From Candidatus Coatesbacteria bacterium (GTDB lineage Bacteria; JAFGND01), in contig JAFGND010000009.1 in assembly GCA_016927185.1 (NCBI GenBank), positions 1 through 33,194 on the forward strand: 33,194 nt of DNA, read 5' to 3'. The notes under the pieces were generated by a model. That model ran no database searches. It was not told the origin of the DNA and saw nothing but the letters and a program-made list of their open reading frames with translations. Below, in pieces: positions 1-8,879 of the stretch. Made by a program: the position numbers and the translations under genes. Numbering within the stretch: position 1 is the first letter of the stretch; each line of letters starts with the position of its first letter.

Positions 1-59
1 AAAAATATACAAAATGCTTATTCCATAAGGATTTATAAAGACTAATAGGGAGGTTAAAA

Positions 60-1604
60 ATGAAAAGCATTACAATTTTAATGTTGCTGGGATTAATATC
101 TTCTCTTTTTTCAGCTCCCGGGGATTTAATATGGAGATATAAGACTGGTTTTTTGATTGACTCCTCCCCTTGTGTTTCAGATGGAGTTGTTTATATTGGA
201 AGCTGGGATTATTACCTTTATGCAGTAAACTGTTTAAATGGAACTCTTAAGTGGAGATATCGGACATCTGATAGGATTTACTCTTCACCTTGTGTCTCAG
301 ATGGAGTTGTATATGTTGGAGGTAATGATACTTATCTCTATTCAATAAACAGCGCAGACGGATCCCTTAAATGGAGATATGAAACAGGTAATTGGGTTCG
401 TTCTTCACCTTGTGTTTCAGATGGAGTCGTTTATATCGGTAGTCTAGATAGTTATCTTTATGCAATAAACTGTTCAGATGGAACTCTTAAATGGAGATAT
501 CAGACAGGTGATGATGTTTACTCCTCCCCTTGTGTTTCAGACAGAGTTGTTTATGTTGGGAGTAATGATGATTATCTTTATGCAATAAACTGTTCAGATG
601 GAACCCTTAAATGGAGAGACTGGATAGATTCTTGGGTTGAATCCTCTCCTTGTGTTTCAGAAGGAGTTGTTTATGTTGGAAGCTGGGATTGGTATCTTTA
701 TGCAATAAACTGTTCAGATGGAACTCTTAAATGGAGATATAAGACTGGTTATAAGGTTGACTCTTCTCCTTGTGTTTCAGATGGAGTTGTTTATGTTGGA
801 AGTTGGGATGATTATCTTTATGCAATAAACTGTTCAGATGGAACTCTTAAATGGAGATATCAGACTGGTGGTAGATCTTCTCCTTGTGTTTCAGATGGAA
901 TCGTTTATGTCGGAGGGGGTGTCGGAGCGGGGTATTATCTTTATGCAATAAACTGTTCAGATGGAACTCTTAAATGGAGATATCAGACAAATGGTAATGT
1001 TTCATCTTCTCCTTGTGTTTCAGAAGGAGTTGTTTATGTTGGAAGTTATGATTATTATCTTTATGCTATAGATACTGGAAAACCTGTTATAAAGGTTTAT
1101 TCTCCAAACGGTGGAGAAGAATGGGATATTGGTTCTGTTCATGATATTACATGGACATCATTGAATGTTGATACTGTTTTAGTAAAATTCACTTCAGATG
1201 GTGGAAGCTTATGGACTGAGATTACAAAGATGCCAGCTGATGAAGGCAAATATTCATGGACTATTCCAGATACTCCTTCAGAAAACTGTCTTGTAAGGAT
1301 AGATGATATAAAAGCTAATGCTACTGATACAAGTGACAGTACATTCACTATAAAGAGAGTTGGTTTCCAAGATAACAAATCAACTTCTTATCTTCCTTCC
1401 AAATCCTTTTCAGTTTCTCCCAACCCATTCACTGACAGACTTACGATTTCCCTTCCTTCCTCTGCTTCAATCTATTCCCTTACTGGTCAATTGATTATGA
1501 AACTGGATAAAGGAAAACATTCTCTTGATACTAGCAGCTGGAAACAGGGAGTATATATTGTGAAGAGCGGGAAGGAAACAAAAAGAATAGTAAAGATAAA
1601 CTAG
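60..1604 (+). CDS. Secreted PQQ-like (BamB-type) 8-blade beta-propeller protein with Ig-like domain and T9SS-type C-terminal sorting domain
   Basis: Signal peptide; eight ~40-aa repeats GTLKWRYxTxxxVxSSPCVSDGVVYVGSxDxYLYAINCSD; Ig-like module VYSPNGGE..ITW..YSWTIP..SDSTFTI; tail SVSPNPF..IYSLTGQ..GVYIVK..RIVK; GGGAGG RBS upstream. Confidence 0.88.
   Translation: MKSITILMLLGLISSLFSAPGDLIWRYKTGFLIDSSPCVSDGVVYIGSWDYYLYAVNCLNGTLKWRYRTSDRIYSSPCVSDGVVYVGGNDTYLYSINSADGSLKWRYETGNWVRSSPCVSDGVVYIGSLDSYLYAINCSDGTLKWRYQTGDDVYSSPCVSDRVVYVGSNDDYLYAINCSDGTLKWRDWIDSWVESSPCVSEGVVYVGSWDWYLYAINCSDGTLKWRYKTGYKVDSSPCVSDGVVYVGSWDDYLYAINCSDGTLKWRYQTGGRSSPCVSDGIVYVGGGVGAGYYLYAINCSDGTLKWRYQTNGNVSSSPCVSEGVVYVGSYDYYLYAIDTGKPVIKVYSPNGGEEWDIGSVHDITWTSLNVDTVLVKFTSDGGSLWTEITKMPADEGKYSWTIPDTPSENCLVRIDDIKANATDTSDSTFTIKRVGFQDNKSTSYLPSKSFSVSPNPFTDRLTISLPSSASIYSLTGQLIMKLDKGKHSLDTSSWKQGVYIVKSGKETKRIVKIN
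121..1080 (+). repeat. Eight tandem ~120-bp intragenic repeats (propeller blades)
   Basis: 120-nt periodicity; the 48-mer TATCTTTATGCAATAAACTGTTCAGATGGAACTCTTAAATGGAGATAT is identical at 453, 693, 813 and 936. Confidence 0.97.
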
Positions 1605-1655
1605 TCTTAACATCTAATAGAAAAGGCTTTTCTTGATAGAATAGCTCAATTTTTA

Positions 1656-1743
1656 ACCTCACCCCGTCTTTCAGACTCCCCTCTCCTACAAGGAGAGGGG
1701 TATAGGGGGTGAGGTGTCAACAAAGAGAGGGGTAGGGAGTGAG
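1656..1743. repeat. GC-rich nested inverted repeat (REP-like palindrome) plus a partial second right arm
   Basis: ACCTCACCCC 1656-1665 / GGGGTGAGGT 1706-1715; CCCCTCTCCT 1678-1687 / AGGAGAGGGG 1691-1700 with a 3-nt loop; degenerate arm GAGAGGGGTAGGGAGTGAG 1725-1743. Confidence 0.75.
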
Positions 1744-1858
1744 ATTTCCAACTCAGTCCACCATGTCCCTGAGCTTTTCCAGGTTTGTTTTCATTTTGTC
1801 TTGACACTTGCTTACATAAAAATTCTTATGCCATTATGCATTGTAAGGTAATACTGTA

Positions 1859-3085
1859 TTGAAAATTCTATTCCTGAGTGACAGAGTGCCATATCCTCTT
1901 GATTCTGGGTGCAATATAAGAGGTTATAACATACTGAGGGCAGTTGCAGAGTCTCACGAAATTGACTTTCTGTCTTTCGATGTTCCTGACAATGAATCAA
2001 GCGAACGAATAGCAGGTATTCAAAAAATGTGCAGTCAGGTGACAATTATCCCGAGAAAACCTCAGAAGAAGTGGCAATTATCGCTGCTTGTATTGAAAAA
2101 CCTTTTCGAGGATGATCCACTTTTCTGGATAAGATACAGGCAAAACGAGATGAAAAATGAGCTGGAGAAAATGCTCAGGAAAACTGATTATGATGCAATA
2201 CACTGCGAACATTTGCATATGGCAGGATATTTATCAAATATTTCCCATCCATTCAAGATACTTGATGCCCACCAGATAGAGACAATCCTTCTTTTAAGAT
2301 ATGTAAAACAGGTAAGAAATATTTTCAAGAAGAATGCACTCCTGAAAGAGGCAATAAAACTGAAAAAGTGGGAAACGAAAAAGATAAGTGAATTCTCTGC
2401 AGTGTTGACTGTTTCAAGAAACGAGCAGGAAATACTGAAAAACATGGGTTCCAGAATGTCAGTTCTTGCACCAAATGGGGTTGATCTTGATTATTTCAAT
2501 TTCAGGGAAAAAGAATCTGACGAACCATGCATTGTTTTCACCGGTTCGCTGGCATGGGAACCGAATGTTGATGCAGTTTTATGGTATTACAAATTCATAC
2601 TGCCTTTCGTCAAAGACGTAATCCCTGATGTCAGGTTTCTTGTTGTTGGACAGAATCCTCCTCCTGAAATACTTGCATTGACAAGAGACAAATCCATTAC
2701 AATCACAGGTTATGTCCCTGACATAAGACCATTTCTTGCCAAGGGGACTGTTTTTGCAGTTCCACTGAGAATAGGTGGTGGAACAAGGCTGAAGATACTT
2801 CAGGCTTTTGCTTCAGGTATTCCTGTCTTGTCAACAAGCATAGGAGCAGAAGGTATTGAAGCTACACCTGACAAGGACATAATAATCAAGGACGACATTG
2901 AGGGACTTATTCAATCTACAATAAGTCTTCTTCAGGATGGAGGACTGAGAAAGAGAATTTCACAATCAGCGAGACTGCTTGTAGAGACAAACTATGACTG
3001 GGTACTTATAAGACAGATAGTTGCTGATCTCTACAAGAGAAGAAAAACGATAATTGAAAAGCAGCATCAGGAACAATCCATATAG
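1859..3085 (+). CDS. Glycosyltransferase family 4 (GT-B)
   Basis: MKILFLS..PYPLDSG; PNGVD; FTGSL..PN.DA; VPLRIGGGTRLKILQAFASGIPVLST.IGAEG; TTG start. Confidence 0.9.
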   Translation: MKILFLSDRVPYPLDSGCNIRGYNILRAVAESHEIDFLSFDVPDNESSERIAGIQKMCSQVTIIPRKPQKKWQLSLLVLKNLFEDDPLFWIRYRQNEMKNELEKMLRKTDYDAIHCEHLHMAGYLSNISHPFKILDAHQIETILLLRYVKQVRNIFKKNALLKEAIKLKKWETKKISEFSAVLTVSRNEQEILKNMGSRMSVLAPNGVDLDYFNFREKESDEPCIVFTGSLAWEPNVDAVLWYYKFILPFVKDVIPDVRFLVVGQNPPPEILALTRDKSITITGYVPDIRPFLAKGTVFAVPLRIGGGTRLKILQAFASGIPVLSTSIGAEGIEATPDKDIIIKDDIEGLIQSTISLLQDGGLRKRISQSARLLVETNYDWVLIRQIVADLYKRRKTIIEKQHQEQSI

Positions 3086-3099
3086 AATGAAGGGATTAT

Positions 3100-3588
3100 A
3101 TGAAAAATGAGATAGCATGCCCCAAATGCGGTAATCCAGTAAGTATATACAGAAATCCAATCCCTACAGTGGATTGCATAATAGAGTTGCCATTTATGGG
3201 CAATCCCGCTCCAATAGTCCTTATATCAAGACTTAATCCACCATTCGGATGGGCTATTCCAGGAGGCTTTGTTGATTATGGAGAAAAGGCAGAAGATGCG
3301 AGTGTAAGGGAAGCGCTTGAAGAAACGGGACTTAAAGTCGAACTTGTGGGACTGCTCGGTGTTTATTCTGATCCAGAACGTGATGAAAGGCATCATACAA
3401 TAAGTTCTGTTTATATAGGGATTGCAAACTCCATCCCACAGGCAGGAGACGATGCTTCCCTTGCTGCATGGTTCCAGGAAGACAGCCTGCCTGATGAGAT
3501 TGCATTTGATCACAAGAAGATTCTCAAGGATTATTATGATCTGAGATACAGGACAAAAGATAATCCTCTGTATATAGGCAAGGAATAG
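3100..3588 (+). CDS. NUDIX hydrolase (ADP-ribose pyrophosphatase-like)
   Basis: Nudix box [37 protein letters not shown]. Confidence 0.92.
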   Translation: MKNEIACPKCGNPVSIYRNPIPTVDCIIELPFMGNPAPIVLISRLNPPFGWAIPGGFVDYGEKAEDASVREALEETGLKVELVGLLGVYSDPERDERHHTISSVYIGIANSIPQAGDDASLAAWFQEDSLPDEIAFDHKKILKDYYDLRYRTKDNPLYIGKE

Positions 3589-4284
3589 ATGCGAAGGAAA
3601 TGGAAACTGATTTTATCAGGAGCCAACTATGCAACTTATAACATGGAATTTGATGAAAAGCGCTTCAGAAATGCTTCAAATGATATTCCTTCACTGAGAT
3701 TGTTCTCTTGGAAAAAGCCATCTATAACTATTGGTTATCTTCAGAAAAAAGGGCTGGAAAACTTATATAAACTTGCCTGTCAGCATGATGTTCCTGTTGT
3801 CAGGAGACCAACTGGAGGACGTGCCGTTTATCATGATCGGGAAATCACATATTCCATAGTGCTTCCACCAGATGATGAGCTGTTCAAGATGGGTAATCTG
3901 GAAATCTATGCTGAAATAGCCAGTGTATTCAAGAAAGCTCTTGTTTCTCTCGGAATACCTGCCGTCATAAATCAAAAAGGAAATTTAATGGGCAGCTCTT
4001 CAAGAATCCTTTGTTTTGGCTCAGTTTCTCAATCCGAGATAGAAGTTGAGGGCAGGAAAATTCTCGGAAGTGCCCAGAGAAAGGCTGATTTCGGTTTCAT
4101 TCAGCAAGGATCCCTGCTTCTCAGGGGAACCCAGTCCATACTTGAAGAGCTGGAAGGATATGAGAAACAGCCATTTACAGGTATTTATGAATGGATTGAA
4201 GAAACTGAAGGGATAAAGGACAAGATTATCAAAGTAATAATTAATTCGTTCAAAGAAGCTCTCTACATTGAATGGGAGAAATAA
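3589..4284 (+). CDS. Lipoate-protein ligase / octanoyltransferase (LplA/LipM family)
   Basis: NMxxDE, LRLFSW..PSITIGY.Q, VVRRPTGGRAVYHD.EITYS, GRKILGSAQ, QQGSL. Confidence 0.88.
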   Translation: MRRKWKLILSGANYATYNMEFDEKRFRNASNDIPSLRLFSWKKPSITIGYLQKKGLENLYKLACQHDVPVVRRPTGGRAVYHDREITYSIVLPPDDELFKMGNLEIYAEIASVFKKALVSLGIPAVINQKGNLMGSSSRILCFGSVSQSEIEVEGRKILGSAQRKADFGFIQQGSLLLRGTQSILEELEGYEKQPFTGIYEWIEETEGIKDKIIKVIINSFKEALYIEWEK

Positions 4285-4428
4285 CAATCCAGCAAGGACT
4301 TCATGACATGCTTGTTTTATCTGCTCTGAATATTGATTCTGGATTTGACTGCAAGTTTCTATTGACATAAATCAAGTTTCTTCAAGAGAAATCAATATGC
4401 TTTCAAATCTACTTGAAAAAACAAAAAA

Positions 4429-5517
4429 ATGAGAACAAGAGCTGAATATCTTGCACTAGCTGTCGAGGTTACTCACGAATCAGCAGAGGTTGATTTCAAG
4501 CGGAAGTTTGACGTATTTTCAAAAGAAGACTGGTGCGAAATCCTCAAAGATTTTGCAGCTATGGCAAATTCAGGTGGTGGAATAATAATAATAGGACTGG
4601 AAGACGATTGTTCATTTTCAGGTTATAATGTGGAAGAACTTGTTAAATACGATCCTGCAAAAATTACTGACAAGATTGCCAAATATACAGGAAGGCAGTT
4701 TGCAGATTTCGAGATAGAACAATTCAACAGGGATGGATACAATCTGGCTATCATGATAATTTATGATGCCTTGGTCCCGCTTATTTTTACAAAACCTGGA
4801 GTATATCAGGTCGACAGGAAATATAAAACTGCATTCAAGGAAGGAACCATATATTTCAGGCACGGTGCAAAAAGCGAGCCTGGAGATTCGGATGATTTGC
4901 GTTCTGCAATAGAAAGGGAAGTTGAAAGGCAGAGAAAAATATGGCTAGGAAATGTTCGGGAAAGTCCTGACATATTTGACGTAATGGCTGAAATCAAGTC
5001 AAGGACAGTGCCGCTTTCCCAGTCAATTGCTGAAACTCTTATTATTGCACTTAAACTCAATAATTACGAGCTTGAAAGATTCTGCAGGAATGAACTTACT
5101 GGATGGACTAAGGATGCCCTGCAGGAACTTGATGAACACAAGGATCCCCAGCCAACCTACAGATTGATAGATGGATATGTCTCAATGAATACCAATGTCA
5201 ATCTTGAGACAAAGCTGGGAAGCTCCTTGACATTGTTTCATTACATGAAAAAAAATCCAGACAAATTCCTGCCTTATGCAATGTTCATAAAAGAATCTGT
5301 TTCAAAGATAGAAGCAAAACAGCCAACTTCTGATAATAATGAAGGAATTATCACAATAACTTTTACCCAGAAGGAAATAAATCACAAATCACAGACTCCT
5401 GATGCTCCTGCCTACGTATATTTCAAGGCAGATGCCTATGGAAAGGTTCTTAAATCAATTAGATCAGAGCTTATAAGAAGACTTCTTGATCTTCTGCCAA
5501 AACTGGGAATAGAATAA
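4429..5517 (+). CDS. Schlafen/AlbA_2-domain protein with C-terminal AbiTii-like domain
   Basis: N-term ESAEVDFK and AAMANSGGGIIIIG (AlbA_2); C-term PLSQSIAETLIIALKLNNYELERFCRNELTGW..PTYR..ESVSKIE..VLKSIRSELIRRL resembles AbiTii. Confidence 0.75.
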   Translation: MRTRAEYLALAVEVTHESAEVDFKRKFDVFSKEDWCEILKDFAAMANSGGGIIIIGLEDDCSFSGYNVEELVKYDPAKITDKIAKYTGRQFADFEIEQFNRDGYNLAIMIIYDALVPLIFTKPGVYQVDRKYKTAFKEGTIYFRHGAKSEPGDSDDLRSAIEREVERQRKIWLGNVRESPDIFDVMAEIKSRTVPLSQSIAETLIIALKLNNYELERFCRNELTGWTKDALQELDEHKDPQPTYRLIDGYVSMNTNVNLETKLGSSLTLFHYMKKNPDKFLPYAMFIKESVSKIEAKQPTSDNNEGIITITFTQKEINHKSQTPDAPAYVYFKADAYGKVLKSIRSELIRRLLDLLPKLGIE

Positions 5518-6113
5518 TGCTTGGAATAGGAATTCTTGTATCTCATGGTGGATCAAATATGCAGAAAATAATAGAGAACTGCAGGAATGGCTATATAAAT
5601 GGGAAGGTAACAGCTATTGTATGCAATAACAGGAACGCTAATGCCATCAGGATTGCTGAAGACAATAATATCAAGCTGAAAATTCTCAATGATGAGAAAT
5701 TTCCTGTCCAGGAAGAGCTTGACTTTGCTATTGCAGAATATTTCTTGACGCAAGAAGCTGAACTTGTAGCAATGGCAGGCTATATGAAGTACAGAGGTCC
5801 GGGATTTCTGAAAATGTTGAGAAAGCGTGTTACAAATATCCACCCGGCATTACTCCCAAAATATGGAGGAAAAGGCTTTTTTGGCAAATCTGTTCATGAA
5901 GCAGTTATCCGCTCAAAAGATGCTGAAACAGGTGTAACAATCCACTGGGTAGATGATATTTACGATCACGGGAATATAATAAGGCAGGAAAAAATAAAAG
6001 TGCTTGAAAATGATACTGCTGAAACCCTTGGAAAGAGAGTGTTAGAACTGGAACATAGATTATATAGTGAAGTTTTAAAGGATATTGCGCTTGGGATAAT
6101 CCCAATGCCATAA
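5517..6113 (+). CDS. purN: Phosphoribosylglycinamide formyltransferase
   Basis: SHGGSNMQ, AGYM, NIHPALLPKYGG.G, VH.AV, TGVTIHWVD..YDHG.II.Q. Confidence 0.95.
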   Translation: MLGIGILVSHGGSNMQKIIENCRNGYINGKVTAIVCNNRNANAIRIAEDNNIKLKILNDEKFPVQEELDFAIAEYFLTQEAELVAMAGYMKYRGPGFLKMLRKRVTNIHPALLPKYGGKGFFGKSVHEAVIRSKDAETGVTIHWVDDIYDHGNIIRQEKIKVLENDTAETLGKRVLELEHRLYSEVLKDIALGIIPMP

Positions 6114-6130
6114 GCTTCAAGGAGAGGAAA

Positions 6131-7408
6131 ATGGCAAATCTATATGAAATTCTTGGGGTAAAGGAAAATGCATCTCCACAAGAGATAAAGCAAGCCTATT
6201 TCAAAGCTATAAGAAAATTCCCGCCAGAAAAATTCCCTGAAGAGTTCAGAAAAGTAAGGCAGAGTTACGAAATCCTGAAAAATACTCAGACAAGACAGCA
6301 ATATGATCATCTGAATAATTACGGACCGGAACTGAAACGAAGGCTAACTAGCGGGTTAACTTTGCTTGAAAACCAGGATTTCAGCAGAGCTATTACCGAG
6401 TTCCAGTCTCTTCTGAATGAATATCCTGATGCTACTTTCATAAGGCATTATCTCGGTCTCTCATTCCTGTACAATCAGATGTATCTTGAATCAATGATGG
6501 AGTATGAAACCCTTACTGGCATTGATCCATCAAACAGGGTATTCTGGCAGAATCTTGGAAGATCACAGCTTGGTATTGGACAGAGTGAAGCTGCCATAGA
6601 TTCATTCGAGAAAGCCTATCAGATAGATCCGACGGAGGCTGGTATTGTGCTTGACTATATTGAGATTCTTGTTGATGGTGAGAACTACTCGAGAGCTGAA
6701 GAAATACTCATCTCCAGAATAAGGGAGCTTAATGAAGGTGATTTCGAGATGTTCGTATATCTCTTCCCGCTGGTAAGGCTTTATGGGCTGCAGGATTCAC
6801 AGGACAAGGTAGAGGCAACAATAGCAAAAATCAGGGAGAACATTCCTTCGGATCAGGAAACAAAGAATTATGTAGGCTTGAAACTTGCCCAGCTTGCGCA
6901 ATTGCTTTTCAAGACTAAGTTATTCCATCTTGCAAAGCAGATCTCGCTTGAAGCCAAGGAAATAAGCCCCAATAATCCATTGATACAGGATCTGTATGAA
7001 GATGCATTTGAAAGAGATTCTCTTGAAAGAGACCTTAAGCATCTGTATGAAGACAAAGATATTCCAGCCCAGGTCAAGGACTTGTGCCATTTCTTTTATG
7101 ACAAGTCAACTACCGGTGAAAACAGAGATAACTGGCAGAACAAGGTACTTGAAGAATTGAAGGATGTACCGAAAGAGCATCTATTGAATGCCATATACAA
7201 GATAAAGACTGATTACAAGCATATATATGAGACAAATGAGGATTTCTTTGAATATTACATTTCTGCAGAACTGGGTGGAGATAGCGAACAGATAAAAAGC
7301 GTTAAGGATTATTGCAAGAAATGTGGCAATAATGCAACTGAAAGTTATCTGGCATCACATGGTGGATATTGCCCTGTTTGCTTCAGGGAAGAAAAAGGCA
7401 AGTCTTAG
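6131..7408 (+). CDS. Atypical J-domain + TPR protein with C-terminal Zn-ribbon
   Basis: NLYEILGV..ASPQEIKQAY..(PPE in place of HPD)..F..V.QSYEIL..RQQYD; TPR-like helices; CKKC..CPVC at C-terminus. Confidence 0.82.
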   Translation: MANLYEILGVKENASPQEIKQAYFKAIRKFPPEKFPEEFRKVRQSYEILKNTQTRQQYDHLNNYGPELKRRLTSGLTLLENQDFSRAITEFQSLLNEYPDATFIRHYLGLSFLYNQMYLESMMEYETLTGIDPSNRVFWQNLGRSQLGIGQSEAAIDSFEKAYQIDPTEAGIVLDYIEILVDGENYSRAEEILISRIRELNEGDFEMFVYLFPLVRLYGLQDSQDKVEATIAKIRENIPSDQETKNYVGLKLAQLAQLLFKTKLFHLAKQISLEAKEISPNNPLIQDLYEDAFERDSLERDLKHLYEDKDIPAQVKDLCHFFYDKSTTGENRDNWQNKVLEELKDVPKEHLLNAIYKIKTDYKHIYETNEDFFEYYISAELGGDSEQIKSVKDYCKKCGNNATESYLASHGGYCPVCFREEKGKS

Positions 7409-7448
7409 GAAAACAGGCTTGCAAAAACTTGATTTTTTACCATAAATA

Positions 7449-8879
7449 ATGGCTAATATTCTATTCGTACAGGACTTCTGGTTTGAATACCTGGGACCAA
7501 TTTATATTTCTGAGCAGCTTGAAATAAATGGTCACAGTGTTGACGTAATTGTAGAAGCGGATCATTCAAGACTTATAAAAAAGCTGAAGCCTTTCAATCC
7601 AGATATTATAGCTTTTTCCTGTACAACAGGAACTCATAGATGGGTTGTTCAGGCAGCCAATCTCTTGAAGAAATTATTCCCTGATGTGCTTACTATAGTA
7701 GGTGGGGCACATGCTACTTTCTTTCCTGAATTCATAGAGAATGAAGGAATTGACGTCATATGCAGGGGTGAGGGAGAAGAAGCAATAGTAGATTTTATCA
7801 ATGCCTTTGAAAAAAAGGAGGATTATTCAACTATCAGGAATTTGTGGGTTAAGAAACCTGATGGCGAGATAATCAAGAATGATGTGAGAAATCTGATTGA
7901 AGACCTGGATTCCCTTCCATTCAATAGACGAAGGTTATACAGGAATATAAAGTTACTTAGACAGAGTCCAAACAAGCATTTCCTTACAGGAAGGGGTTGC
8001 CCCTATGATTGTTCATTCTGCTTCAATCACAAGAGCAAGGAATTATACAAGAACAAGGGCAGCTATCTGAGAAGACACTCTGCTGAAAGAGTGATTGAAG
8101 AAATAGAATATGTAAAGAAAAATTATGGTTTGAAAAGTGTCAGATTTGACGATGATTTGTTCATTCTCAACAAGAAATGGCTGATTGATTTTCTCGAGAT
8201 TTATGCAAAAAGGATAAGACTGCCTTTCTTCTGTCTCGTGAGAGCTAATCTTCTGACAGATGAAATAGCTGAAGCACTTGGCAAAAGTGGATGCTCAAGT
8301 GCCTATTTCGGAATAGAAAGTGGTAATGATTTTCAGAGAAATGAAGTATTAAGAAAAAATATAAGCAAGGATCAGATAATAAACTGCTCCAATCTCTTGA
8401 AGAAATATAAAATTAAAACAGGCACTTTCAATATGCTTGGATTGCCAGGGGAAACAATCGAGCAGGCATTCGAAACTGTCCATATAAATCAGGAATTGAG
8501 AAATGAATTTGTATGGGTCAGTCTTGTCCAGCCCTACCCCAGAACTGCTCTTGCTGAATATTGCATGAAACATGAGTATATAGATAGCGAGATTTCCCTT
8601 GATAAAATCCACAGCAGCTATTTCAAGCAGAGTGTTCTAAAAAATCCCGAAAAAAACCAGCTTGATAATCTCCACAAGCTGGTTTTTATTGCAGTGAGAT
8701 ATCCTTCACTTGAGAAAATTATTAGAAAGCTCATAAAGATTAAACCAAATCTCGTATTTGATCTTATATTCTACCTTTTCTATACCAGAAGATATATGAA
8801 AACTTATCATATGCCATTCTGGAGAGTAATCTTGACAGGCTTGAGAAGCAAGACACATCTTAAAAGGCAAAAAAACTAG
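7449..8879 (+). CDS. Cobalamin-binding radical SAM protein
   Basis: GGAHATF.P, GEGE (B12-binding); GRGCPYDCSFC; FDDD.F; FGIESG; MLGLPGET. Confidence 0.92.
   Translation: MANILFVQDFWFEYLGPIYISEQLEINGHSVDVIVEADHSRLIKKLKPFNPDIIAFSCTTGTHRWVVQAANLLKKLFPDVLTIVGGAHATFFPEFIENEGIDVICRGEGEEAIVDFINAFEKKEDYSTIRNLWVKKPDGEIIKNDVRNLIEDLDSLPFNRRRLYRNIKLLRQSPNKHFLTGRGCPYDCSFCFNHKSKELYKNKGSYLRRHSAERVIEEIEYVKKNYGLKSVRFDDDLFILNKKWLIDFLEIYAKRIRLPFFCLVRANLLTDEIAEALGKSGCSSAYFGIESGNDFQRNEVLRKNISKDQIINCSNLLKKYKIKTGTFNMLGLPGETIEQAFETVHINQELRNEFVWVSLVQPYPRTALAEYCMKHEYIDSEISLDKIHSSYFKQSVLKNPEKNQLDNLHKLVFIAVRYPSLEKIIRKLIKIKPNLVFDLIFYLFYTRRYMKTYHMPFWRVILTGLRSKTHLKRQKN

Noticed and set aside
121-1080. CRISPR-like array of constant and variable blocks
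   Set aside because: Repeats are in-frame 120-nt coding units inside a complete secreted-protein ORF; no cas genes
60-1604. PQQ-dependent dehydrogenase or true BamB
   Set aside because: Only the propeller repeat is shared; no catalytic insertions or lipobox, and it has a secretion tail
4397-4432. Short upstream ORF and A-tracts before the Schlafen gene as a phase-variation or frameshift site
   Set aside because: Tracts are only 6-7 A in AT-rich DNA, and the annotated start already includes the full domain
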